From contig JAIXVU010000008.1 of the NCBI GenBank assembly GCA_027482685.1, positions 4,652-68,651 of the forward strand: a DNA stretch of 64,000 nt. The letters run 5' to 3'. A model generated the notes under the pieces. It did no database searches. It was not told the origin of the DNA and worked only from the letters and a program-made list of their open reading frames with translations. Made by a program: the position numbers and the translations under genes. Positions 53,917-62,835 of the stretch are shown piece after piece; position 1 is the stretch's first letter, and the number at the start of each line of letters is the position of its first letter. This stretch comes from a bacterium (GTDB lineage: Bacteria > Patescibacteriota > Minisyncoccia > Phycocordibacterales > UBA5272).

Positions 53917-54540
53917 TTACCGTATTTCAATTAACACTTCGTTACGAGTCATCCATGGTGGAGTCCATGGTGCGTTATACCCCGCATATGATGGCTTCCC
54001 AATGATCTCTATTGTATCTTTAGATAATAGATCAAGTAATTTCTTTTCCATCGTCTCTATACGAGTATCAGTTCTGTATCCAGAAAATCTAATTACAGCA
54101 ACTTGTTTGGCTGGAACTTCGACAATCTTAACCCTTTCATCAGTTGGTGTAGGAAGAGTATCTGGTGTATATGACTTTGGCATCCCAAAAGATATTGTCC
54201 TTGTTTCTTTTTCGTTACCTACGACAACAGGTGCAGTCATTGCAATTTTCTCTGATCCTCCTTCTTGCATAACTACAGGAGATGTCATTGCAATATTTTG
54301 CTTTTTTGTATTTGCTCCGAATATATAGCTAGCGACGATGGTGAAGCCTTTGTTCATCGACTCACTATATGATCCAGTCACTGTGGTTTGAGCCACAATG
54401 TGTGATGGATAACTTCGTATCTCGTATTCTTTTTCATTTTTCACAACTGAATATTCCGCCTGCTCAACACGTGAAGCAAAGTAACTGTATATAGACCAAA
54501 TAACAAGCACAAGGACGATAACAAACAAAGTTATTATCAT
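53917..54540 (-). CDS. SOUL heme-binding family protein
   Basis: YEIRSY, YIFGAN, IAMTAPV and YNAPWTPPWMTRNEV. Confidence 0.9.
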   Translation of the reverse strand: MIITLFVIVLVLVIWSIYSYFASRVEQAEYSVVKNEKEYEIRSYPSHIVAQTTVTGSYSESMNKGFTIVASYIFGANTKKQNIAMTSPVVMQEGGSEKIAMTAPVVVGNEKETRTISFGMPKSYTPDTLPTPTDERVKIVEVPAKQVAVIRFSGYRTDTRIETMEKKLLDLLSKDTIEIIGKPSYAGYNAPWTPPWMTRNEVLIEIR

Positions 54541-54611
54541 ACTAATCAGTATAGCAGTTATGTTCTAAAAGAAGGCATAAAAGATGTACCTTAGGATTTA
54601 GCTATAATTTG

Positions 54612-54808
54612 ATAGTGCCCAGGGCGGGACTCGGCTACAAGTTTTCTTTCGCCGACGCCCAAGAAACTCGCAGCCCGCCCCTCGTGGTTTCGCTTGCTAG
54701 CGAAACATCACTGCGGCCCTTCAAGCCTCAACGCACACCAAGCAGTTGGTGTGCTCCCTGGGCACTATGTAAAAAATACGTACATATGTGTACGTATTTT
54801 TTACATAG
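54612..54808 (-). repeat. tRNA-shadow unit downstream of tRNA-Leu(UAA)
   Basis: 29-bp perfect IR 54756-54817 including the tRNA acceptor strand, CTGC hairpin 54733-54754 and 22-nt exact duplicate 54612-54633. Confidence 0.8.
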
Positions 54809-54890
54809 TGCCCAGGGCGGGACTCGAACCCGCACGCACAATGTGCTGAGGATTTTAAGTCCTCTATGTCTACCATTCCATCACCCGGGC
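54809..54890 (-). tRNA. tRNA-Leu(UAA)
   Basis: GCCCGGG...GAGGA-CTTAAAA-TCCTC...GTTCGAGTC...CCTGGGCA. Confidence 0.95.
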
Positions 54891-54945
54891 AAATCTAGAG
54901 TGCTTGACTATTCTAACAAATTTTCTGAAACAAAGGAATCGATAA

Positions 54946-55548
54946 TTACTTTACAACCTTTAATGTGAATAATCCAATAGTTGATACAAATATCGCACCG
55001 AGTGTGTCCATCAGCATATCCTTTTGTGCATCCCATATATCCCCTTGAGATCCGAGGAATGCGATACCAGCCTCACCCCCTGCCTTAACCGCGTACTGCC
55101 ATTCAATAAGTTCATAGACCATAGCAAGAGTGCCAATGAAGCATACAGAGAGAAAGAATGCCCAGAACTTCGTAGCTACTTTCTTATATTTCAAAACATA
55201 CTCCATGAGTCCATATGCAAAGAAGCCTGTCGTGAAGTGCCCAACCCTATCGAACATATTTCTCTCAAACCCGAAAAAATTATTAAACCAGTCAAACGGC
55301 ACACGCTCAAATGTATAGTGTCCGCCTATTGTATGAAGAAACGGCAAAATGAACATAAAGAAATATGCGAGATTAGAAAATCTAATACCACGAATATAGA
55401 GAACAACGAGGAATAGGACAATCGCTACAATCGGAAGATTTTCTGCATACCACACATCACGTGAATACGGGTTGATACCAAGTGCGATGAATTCAACAAC
55501 ATAAATACTTAGTAATAAATGTGGAAAATACTTTTGTATGAAGGTCAT
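54946..55548 (-). CDS. DUF2238 (YjdF) membrane protein
   Basis: HTIGGHYTFERVP, RNMFDRVGH and FLGSQGDIWDAQKDM. Confidence 0.9.
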   Translation of the reverse strand: MTFIQKYFPHLLLSIYVVEFIALGINPYSRDVWYAENLPIVAIVLFLVVLYIRGIRFSNLAYFFMFILPFLHTIGGHYTFERVPFDWFNNFFGFERNMFDRVGHFTTGFFAYGLMEYVLKYKKVATKFWAFFLSVCFIGTLAMVYELIEWQYAVKAGGEAGIAFLGSQGDIWDAQKDMLMDTLGAIFVSTIGLFTLKVVK

Positions 55549-55593
55549 ATTAAAAGTATAGCAAGAGGATAGAGAGTACTATATAGATACTGT

Positions 55594-55955
55594 GGTCACG
55601 AGTTACTAACTGCACTAATCGCACCGCGTGTGAGTTGCTCGTAAGTACTCGCAGCCCCGCATCGCACGTTTTAGAAAAGTAAGAAATTCAAACTTTTCTA
55701 AAACATTGCTGCGGCTGGCACAACAGTGCAAAAGCAAAGAAGTTTGCTTTCTAGAACAAAAGCACTTGGCCTACCAAGCGCTTTGTTCTACTGTTGTGCC
55801 CCCAGTAGGGAGTTCGGTCACAAAACTACCTCGCGTTGCTCGAAGTAGTTTCGCGACCCCTATTCGATCCCTTACGCAAATGAAGCAGTTCATTTGCTCT
55901 GTTGTCGCTGATAATAAAAACACTTCCCATGATTACAAGGTAAGTGTTTTTATTA
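55594..55955 (-). repeat. Two tandem tRNA-shadow units downstream of tRNA-Lys (second one partial)
   Basis: Hairpin 55911-55956, CTGC hairpin 55876-55897, inverted T-arm 55863-55875, core 55816-55858, duplicate 3' end 55796-55811; second unit 55594-55795. Confidence 0.8.
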
Positions 55956-56031
55956 TGGTGCCCCCAGTAGGGATCGAACCTACGACCTGCGGATTAAGAG
56001 TCCGATGCTCTACCAGCTGAGCTATAGGGGC
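55956..56031 (-). tRNA. tRNA-Lys(CUU)
   Basis: GCCCCTA...CGGA-CTCTTAA-TCCG...GTTCGATC...GGGGGCACCA. Confidence 0.96.
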
Positions 56032-56256
56032 ATTTATGTGAGACATACTATACCATGCAATGGTAAATTATTCTAGAGTCTCCTGAGAAAATATGTTAGA
56101 ATGAAAAAACTTTTTGAAATGTGATTTCAAGAAAGAATGATGCAGTGGCGAAAAGGTCCATGAGCGCAGCGAAATGTATGAAATAGCTCTGCGGTTAAAC
56201 CGTAGCGTTAGGATGCAGAAGTAAGAAATAGTTGTTAGAATATTTGAATAAAGAAT

Positions 56257-56330
56257 GATGCAGTGGCGAAGAGGCCTAACGCTGCGGTTTGCAAAACCGC
56301 CATTCGCGGGTTCGACTCCCGCCTGCATCT
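56257..56330 (+). tRNA. tRNA-Cys(GCA)
   Basis: GATGCAG...GCGGT-TTGCAAA-ACCGC...GTTCGACTC...CTGCATCT. Confidence 0.94.
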
Positions 56331-56505
56331 CAAAAAATAGCGAAGCGTTTTTTAAGGCGCAGGAAGACAGCACCTGCGTGCTGTCTGTCGAGAGTCGAAG
56401 CGCGGAGCTATATTTTTCTACCAAGAAAAATAGCGAGCGGCGGTCGGTGAGAAACTTCTGCGACGGCAAAAGTTTACTTGTCGAAGAATCTCCCGCCTGC
56501 ATCTC
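56331..56505 (+). repeat. tRNA-shadow unit downstream of tRNA-Cys
   Basis: Anti-acceptor ggcgcagg, CTGC hairpin 56365-56386, anti-T-arm gagagtcgaa and 16-nt duplicate 56490-56505. Confidence 0.8.
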
Positions 56506-56737
56506 TAACAAATAGAATCAAAAATGAATACAGAAGAGGCGCCTTCGGCGCCTTATTTGTATTCTATCTAACATAATTTTAATAACACAACTAATTTGCA
56601 AATATGTCTATGGTATGAGAGGATAAGGTCGGAAATATCTTTTTGCTCTTTTACAAAAAAAGCAAGCAATTCAACTCATCTCTATTGAAAGGGTAATCAT
56701 GCGTATCACAAAAGCGTAAGGTTGTGTCATCGCTCTT

Positions 56738-57892
56738 GTGATGACGTCAATCTCGATGTATTTCTATCTGCTGTACTTCACAGGGTCACCGTTTCAACAA
56801 GCGAGTTACCACTGGGGAACATGGTTCTTTCTTGCTGGGCTGCTCTTTAGTAGATTCGGCGTGAATGATGTTGGGTCACATGGCTACCTTGCCTTTTTCG
56901 GTAAGGCGGTTCGTCATGCTGATGGCTCATATGTGAAGTGGGGAGATGGTATGTACCTTATCCCCACACTTTTCCCTCCATTTAATGTCATTGGCGTCCC
57001 TCTTGGTTGGACGATGAAGCACGCAAGTACAAGTGAGATCCCTATCCGTCCGGTAACACCACAAGAAGATAATTATGTCTTCTTGGATCATCGCTTGCCA
57101 CGTTACAACATCAATTCAACGGTTGGGTATTGGCAACAGACCTTCGCGAGGCTAACTGAGAATTTTATTAGTTGGGTCTTTAGCTACAACCCACAGAGCG
57201 AACTACGCTACCAGAAGATTGGTAGTATTCTCATGGTAATCGGTCTTGCGTTAGGGTGGTTCATGCAACAGCGACAGGGATACTTCCCCCAAACTGAACA
57301 AGTGATCACATATCAATCTGGTGAACAAAGTGCGGCAAAGGCCAAGATGATAACTAATAATAATCGCCAGCCGCAAGTAGTAGAGAGTGCGGCTACAATG
57401 CCTCGCCAACAACCTCCTGTCATCAATGGGTATACCGTCAACCTTGCTGTGGGGCAAGTGCCGAGATATCCATCACGTGCAGACTTCATGGAGGTGGTCA
57501 AGACCTCAGGAGTGCAGTACTACTACCGAGATGTAGACGGTCTCAAATACTTCTGGTATGTAGAAGGTGAAAGTGAAGCACCTGTTACCCTACCTCCATC
57601 ATCCTGCAAGATAGTGCCTGCAGGAAAAGAGGTAAGGCTATCCTCCAGTGTTCCACCACGGTACGTCATCAACATGGAAGAGTCCATTCTATACCGTGTG
57701 AAGAGCGCATACCTTCCCGAGAACGAACGCAGTCTGTTGTTCCCCAATAGTTCACAACTACGCAAGGGCACCTGGGGCATACTCCGTGCCAACTGGAACA
57801 CCTATGACAGGCAGAGTGACGGTATATTGGCGCGTACCCTTCCACAAGGCTCATTACCTTCGTCACAGTATGGTGGGCTTGTTTGTTTCTGA
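56738..57892 (+). CDS. Orphan membrane protein, possibly disrupted at the N-terminus
   Basis: 384-aa ORF with TM segments; in-frame upstream ATG 56699 is separated from it by a single TAA; terminator 57928-57967. Confidence 0.6.
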   Translation: MMTSISMYFYLLYFTGSPFQQASYHWGTWFFLAGLLFSRFGVNDVGSHGYLAFFGKAVRHADGSYVKWGDGMYLIPTLFPPFNVIGVPLGWTMKHASTSEIPIRPVTPQEDNYVFLDHRLPRYNINSTVGYWQQTFARLTENFISWVFSYNPQSELRYQKIGSILMVIGLALGWFMQQRQGYFPQTEQVITYQSGEQSAAKAKMITNNNRQPQVVESAATMPRQQPPVINGYTVNLAVGQVPRYPSRADFMEVVKTSGVQYYYRDVDGLKYFWYVEGESEAPVTLPPSSCKIVPAGKEVRLSSSVPPRYVINMEESILYRVKSAYLPENERSLLFPNSSQLRKGTWGILRANWNTYDRQSDGILARTLPQGSLPSSQYGGLVCF

Positions 57893-57995
57893 TCTCATAT
57901 GACTAGCGATGCAGGTCTAGTCTTTGCACAGCCACGAGGTGAAAACTTCGTGGCTGTTTTCTTTTTTATATGATATCAGAGACCTATACGAAAGC

Positions 57996-58024
57996 TTGAC
58001 AAAAAAGTGTAAATAGTGTAAGAT
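57996..58024 (+). promoter_or_regulatory. Sigma70 promoter
   Basis: TTGACA-17-TAAGAT. Confidence 0.65.
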
Positions 58025-58089
58025 AGTAAACAGATGTTGTTTGAATGTTGTATAAGTTTAAGCAACTAATTCCACCGTTTGGAGGAAAG

Positions 58090-58479
58090 ATGAATGATGA
58101 AAAAAATCCTGAGGCGCCAAAAGTAGTTCTCGATGAACTACTTGGGAAGCTGGGGGTTGGAAAGGTGCCCAGCACCACCCCAACCCTCACGCTACCACCG
58201 GCCCCGACTGTGAGACATGCTACCGATTCGTCACGTGACATTGGTGGATATGCCTCACCCCCTCCGTCATCGGTCACCGATGGCAAGAAAGAAGAAAACA
58301 GCGCATTTGATCTGAAGGGGTTTCTCTTCAGGTTTGGAGTGAGCTCAGTTTTTTGGCTTGTTGTTGTGGGAGGAATGATACTCTACTTTGACAACAAAAG
58401 AGTCATTGCAGAATCATCCTCTCAAGTCGCAGCACCGAAGGGTGCATCGCGACAAATTCCTATCCCGCCCTCCAGGTGA
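58090..58479 (+). CDS. Single-TM Pro-rich orphan protein
   Basis: GGAGG SD; one TM near the C-terminus. Confidence 0.6.
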   Translation: MNDEKNPEAPKVVLDELLGKLGVGKVPSTTPTLTLPPAPTVRHATDSSRDIGGYASPPPSSVTDGKKEENSAFDLKGFLFRFGVSSVFWLVVVGGMILYFDNKRVIAESSSQVAAPKGASRQIPIPPSR

Positions 58480-58508
58480 AGGCACATCAACTACAGGAGA
58501 GAAAAAAC

Positions 58509-58880
58509 ATGGCTGGACTCCCCACAACCGTTGGCAGTAGGTCTGCCGCACCGGCATCGGCAACAAAGAGCAACAACGCCACCCAGGTGTTCGTTGTCGG
58601 CGTTCTCGTGGCGATGCTCGTCATTTTCCTCCACCTCTGGGGGAAGTATGACACTGATGCGCGCACCCAGCGCGCACAAGAATACAGTCAGACGGATGGA
58701 GCTCGTGAAGAACGAGCCTACCGTCTCGCGCTTGAAAGACTCGAAGCGGAAAAACTTCGTGCGCAAGCAGACTTGGAGAGGGCAAAACGGCTCGACGGCC
58801 GCACTGTTCTGATCCCGCCCAATGGAGCTGTCTGCCAAGACGGCTACCCATGGTCATCAACCACCGGATGTAACCGGTAG
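58509..58880 (+). CDS. Single-TM orphan with coiled coil and C-terminal Cys pair
   Basis: AGGAG SD; TM VFVVGVLVAMLVIFLHLW; CQDGYPWSSTTGC. Confidence 0.6.
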   Translation: MAGLPTTVGSRSAAPASATKSNNATQVFVVGVLVAMLVIFLHLWGKYDTDARTQRAQEYSQTDGAREERAYRLALERLEAEKLRAQADLERAKRLDGRTVLIPPNGAVCQDGYPWSSTTGCNR

Positions 58881-58891
58881 AAAGGATAAGC

Positions 58892-59170
58892 ATGTCTGAC
58901 CCAGCACCAAAGGCCGGAGGTCTAAAGCCCGGCGCAATCCTGCTCATCATCGGAGCGGTCGTTATCGGTGTCATCCTCATCGGGGTCGCCATCGAGGAAT
59001 TCCTCTTGTCCATTGCACGAGGAATCGGCAACGCATCCACCGAGCTCGCTCGTCGAGCGGGAGATATCAGTGTGGCAAAGCTGATCGCCCACGACATCGG
59101 AACCTGGATTGCAACAGCAATTGTTGTCCTGCTCTTCATTGGGTGGGCGGCGAAAAAGCTGAGGGAGTAG
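58892..59170 (+). CDS. Small 2-TM orphan protein
   Basis: AAGGA SD and two hydrophobic helices. Confidence 0.6.
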   Translation: MSDPAPKAGGLKPGAILLIIGAVVIGVILIGVAIEEFLLSIARGIGNASTELARRAGDISVAKLIAHDIGTWIATAIVVLLFIGWAAKKLRE

Positions 59171-59320
59171 CATCCCCTCCGTGATGACAACACGTAAAAA
59201 TCACCGAAGGCTACCCGCTTTCGTGTACATAGAATGTGTTCTCGTTTTACCGCGAGACCACAACCTCATGTGCGCGGAAAGAACGGGTAGCCTTCTTTTG
59301 TTTTGTATTGAAGTCGTATT

Positions 59321-59470
59321 GTTAGCCATCTCCAACCCCGCCTTTTCAAAGCCTTGTGTAGTGCGACGGCGCAGAAGAGAGATAATTTCTAGCAAGAAAT
59401 TTACGTGCCTTGAAATGGTGGGTTACAAAAAAATATGATAAGTTTTTATACAAGATATCTTACGTATCGA
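59321..59470 (+). repeat. Structured repeat upstream of dprA
   Basis: Homologous in inverted orientation to 62836..62987; shared aatttctagcaagaaatt and gcgacggcgc. Confidence 0.75.
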
Positions 59471-59538
59471 ACCCCTCATTTTCGAAAAATGAACCCATTT
59501 TTACACCCCATTTCATTTCCTATATACTTAACTTTACA

Positions 59539-60438
59539 ATGACCCCTTCAGAAATAATCTGTATAGAACAAAAAGACTTCCATTCCCATCCTCTGCTTGC
59601 CCGATTACTTCAGCTTCATGATATACCGAAGCAACTATACATTCGTGGCACCCTACCTAATGTAACAATAGACGAGTACGGTCGTGCAACACCTCGCGTC
59701 CTCACTGTTGTAGGCTCACGCAAGCATACTCGTTATGGTAAACTCGCACTTGAAAAAATCATCTCGTCCCTTAACAAGGAAGAGGTCATCATACTTTCTG
59801 GACTAGCTCTTGGTATTGATAGCCTCGCGCATCAGTCAGCTCTTAGTAATACTCTACAAACCATCGCAGTCCCAGGGAGCGGTATCGCAACAACTGCTAT
59901 CTACCCTGCCTCACACAAGCACCTTGCCGAGAACATACTAGACCAGGGTGGTGTTCTTCTCTCTGAGTTTCCACCAGACACAAAAGCTGCTCCATGGACA
60001 TTCCCTGCACGCAACCGAGTGATGGCAGCATTATCTGACGCTGTACTTGTAGCAGAAGCAGAAGAAAAATCTGGCACGTTAATCACTGCACGACAAGCAC
60101 TTGAACTTGGTCGTGATATAGGAGCCATCCCTGGAGAGATACTTTCACCAACATCACTTGGTACCAATCTCCTTATCCGTGATGGAGCATATATGATAGC
60201 TACTACAGATGATATATATTCTCTTCTCCATCTTACGAAAAAAGAAAAAGGTGATGAAGATATAGAACTAACAGCTGATGAAAAAAGTATCGTCATACAT
60301 CTCACAGAACCACTAGAAAAAGACGCTCTTCTTATTCGCTCTAAGCTTGCACCGGATGTGTTTATGATGACACTTTCTACACTTGAACTTAAAGGAATTA
60401 TAGAAGAGACATTTGGCGAAGTACGAAAGATAGTGTAG
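59539..60438 (+). CDS. dprA: DNA-processing protein DprA
   Basis: VVGSRK, SGLALGID..AH, FPARNR and EAEEKSGTLITA. Confidence 0.95.
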   Translation: MTPSEIICIEQKDFHSHPLLARLLQLHDIPKQLYIRGTLPNVTIDEYGRATPRVLTVVGSRKHTRYGKLALEKIISSLNKEEVIILSGLALGIDSLAHQSALSNTLQTIAVPGSGIATTAIYPASHKHLAENILDQGGVLLSEFPPDTKAAPWTFPARNRVMAALSDAVLVAEAEEKSGTLITARQALELGRDIGAIPGEILSPTSLGTNLLIRDGAYMIATTDDIYSLLHLTKKEKGDEDIELTADEKSIVIHLTEPLEKDALLIRSKLAPDVFMMTLSTLELKGIIEETFGEVRKIV

Positions 60439-60585
60439 TATTCTAGGGCTTAGACTTTAGGGACTAGGGTCTAGCTACTACAAAAATACAGTATATGTTA
60501 AAAAAATAATGTATACTTATGTATACTTCGCTAAGTCAACAAATCTCTAAACTGCCTAACCCCTAGTCCCTAACACCTAGTTTTT

Positions 60586-62802
60586 ATGAAACTCCTCATC
60601 GTAGAAAGCCCCTCAAAGGCGAAAACTATTGCAAAGTACCTAGATGGTGCGTACGAAGTACGTGCCTCTGTTGGACATGTACGAGATCTTCCAAAGAGTA
60701 ACAAGAAAGCAGTGGATATAGAAGCAGGATTCGTCCCTCACTACGAAGTGAGTGTAGGCAAAGAAAAGGTTATATCAGACATTAAGTCTCTTGCAAAAAA
60801 ATCAAACGAAGTCATCCTCGCAACCGACCCCGACCGTGAAGGAGAAGCAATAGCATGGCATATCCGTGAAGCGTGTAACTTACACAATGCTAAGCGTGTA
60901 ACATTCAATGAGATTACCGAGAAAGCAGTAAAGGAAGCCCTCAAGCACCCACGCGATATCGACATGAACCTAAAAGAAGCTCAAGAAGCTCGTCGAGTGC
61001 TTGACCGTCTCGTGGGATATGACTTATCAGGTATCATCTGGCAAAAGGTACGTTATGGGCTCTCAGCAGGCCGTGTGCAATCCCCTGCGCTACGTATCAT
61101 CATGGAACGTGAACGTGAGATACGAGCATTCATCCCAGAAACATATTACGTTATCGCAGGAGAGTTCGGAACCGTTGGCAGGATGAAAGAAAGTAAAAGT
61201 TACACACTGTTACTTGAATGTGATATACAACCAAAAGAAAAGACAGAGGCTGAGAGAATTGTAAAAGCTGGTCGTGCGAACAGTTGGGAAGTTGTAGCTG
61301 TTGAAAGTACAGAAGTTAGTCGTTCACCAAAAGCTCCTTTTACAACGTCTACACTACAGCAGGCGGCATCATCACGGCTCGGATACGCTCCATCACGTAC
61401 GATGGGTATCGCACAAAAATTATACGAGAAAGGATTGATTACGTACATGCGTACTGATAGTACTACTATTTCAAAAGATGCTCTTGGTGAGATTGGTAAG
61501 GTGATAGAAAAAAACTTCGGTCATGACGTATTGCAAATTCGTCAGTACAAGACAAAGTCCAAGAATGCCCAAGAAGCCCATGAAGCAATCCGTCCAACAC
61601 ATGCAATGACAAGAAGTGGCGGGAGTACAGATGACGAGAAGCGACTCTACTCTCTCATCTGGGAGAGAACAGTGTCGAGTCAGATGAAAGATGCGAAACT
61701 CAAACGTAGCAAGGTAAGTGCTAACATAACCAATAAAAGCATACCGAATTTTTCTGTGACTGGTTCTGTTGTTGTATATCCTGGATGGTTGTTAGTTGAT
61801 CAGGATGCTCGCGGAGATGATGTCATCTTACCGGAACTCAAAGTCGGGGATGAACTCAATCTCAAAACTCTTCAATCAATAGAAAAGCAGACTGAACCTC
61901 CACATCGCTACACCGAGGCAGGACTAGTAAAGGAACTTGAGAAGCGTGGTATTGGCCGTCCTTCGACCTATGCATCCATCATTTCGACAATCGAAGCACG
62001 CGGCTACGTTGATAAGATAAACAAGTCCCTTCATCCGACGGATACCGGTGAAGTTGTTATCTCATTTCTAGAGGACCATTTTGCGTCATACATTAGCGAC
62101 ACCTTCACTGCGGATATGGAAGACAAGCTAGATACAATTGCAGAAGGTAAAGCAACATACCTAAAAATATTAAAAGATTTTTACGGACCATTTATTAAAG
62201 ATGTAAAATCAAAAGCAAAACTAGAAAAAGCGACTAACATGGGTGACGCACCAGAAGACATCCTCTGTCCACTGTGTAACTCTCCAATGGTTGTTAAGCT
62301 TTCAAAAAATGGTAAGTTCTACTCATGTTCAAAATACCCAGATTGTATGGGCGCGCGAAAGTTAGACGGTAGCGTAATGGAAGGACCGAAGAAGTTAGAC
62401 AAGAAATGTCCAAAGTGTGAAAAAGGAGACCTCATGGAACGAGATGGCCGTTATGGTAAGTTCATCGCATGCTCTAACTATCCGAAATGTAAATATATAG
62501 AACAAGATGAGGAGATGCGCAAAGCGAACTCAACAGGAGTAAGTTGTAACAAGTGTAAAGATGGATACATGGAAGAACGAAAAGGACGTTTTGGGGTATT
62601 CTATTCTTGTTCTAACTATCCTGACTGTAAACATATCGTAAAAACAAGACCAACGGGTAATCGTTGTACATGGAAAAAGGTTGACGGCACTCTTTGTGGA
62701 GAACTCATGATGGAAGGGACAAAGACTATCCCTGAGCGATGCTCTGATAAGTTGTGTCCGAATCATAATCCTCACAAATTAGATAAAGTTGAGAAGAAGT
62801 AA
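60586..62802 (+). CDS. topA: DNA topoisomerase I
   Basis: IVESPSKAKTI, ATDPDREGE, SAGRVQS, ITYMRTDS and C-terminal Zn ribbons. Confidence 0.97.
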   Translation: MKLLIVESPSKAKTIAKYLDGAYEVRASVGHVRDLPKSNKKAVDIEAGFVPHYEVSVGKEKVISDIKSLAKKSNEVILATDPDREGEAIAWHIREACNLHNAKRVTFNEITEKAVKEALKHPRDIDMNLKEAQEARRVLDRLVGYDLSGIIWQKVRYGLSAGRVQSPALRIIMEREREIRAFIPETYYVIAGEFGTVGRMKESKSYTLLLECDIQPKEKTEAERIVKAGRANSWEVVAVESTEVSRSPKAPFTTSTLQQAASSRLGYAPSRTMGIAQKLYEKGLITYMRTDSTTISKDALGEIGKVIEKNFGHDVLQIRQYKTKSKNAQEAHEAIRPTHAMTRSGGSTDDEKRLYSLIWERTVSSQMKDAKLKRSKVSANITNKSIPNFSVTGSVVVYPGWLLVDQDARGDDVILPELKVGDELNLKTLQSIEKQTEPPHRYTEAGLVKELEKRGIGRPSTYASIISTIEARGYVDKINKSLHPTDTGEVVISFLEDHFASYISDTFTADMEDKLDTIAEGKATYLKILKDFYGPFIKDVKSKAKLEKATNMGDAPEDILCPLCNSPMVVKLSKNGKFYSCSKYPDCMGARKLDGSVMEGPKKLDKKCPKCEKGDLMERDGRYGKFIACSNYPKCKYIEQDEEMRKANSTGVSCNKCKDGYMEERKGRFGVFYSCSNYPDCKHIVKTRPTGNRCTWKKVDGTLCGELMMEGTKTIPERCSDKLCPNHNPHKLDKVEKK

Positions 62803-62835
62803 AAACTTCAATTATTTTAGAAAAAATCTTTTCTT

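Noticed and set aside
56132-56220. Second tRNA-Cys gene
   Set aside because: Only the 5' portion is duplicated, with no anticodon loop or T-arm; reported as a repeat finding instead
54609-56515. ORFs 54609..54968, 55706..56020, 56068..56511 and 56255..56515 (also 35093..35506 and 51807..52292)
   Set aside because: They overlap tRNAs and shadow repeats; apparent peptide repeats such as VPPVG and PACIS reflect the tRNA duplications
59410-59538. N-terminal extension of DprA (TTG start), and ORFs 59181..59438 and 62868..63050
   Set aside because: These frames run through the structured repeat; ATG 59539 has a TATACT just upstream and gives a normal DprA
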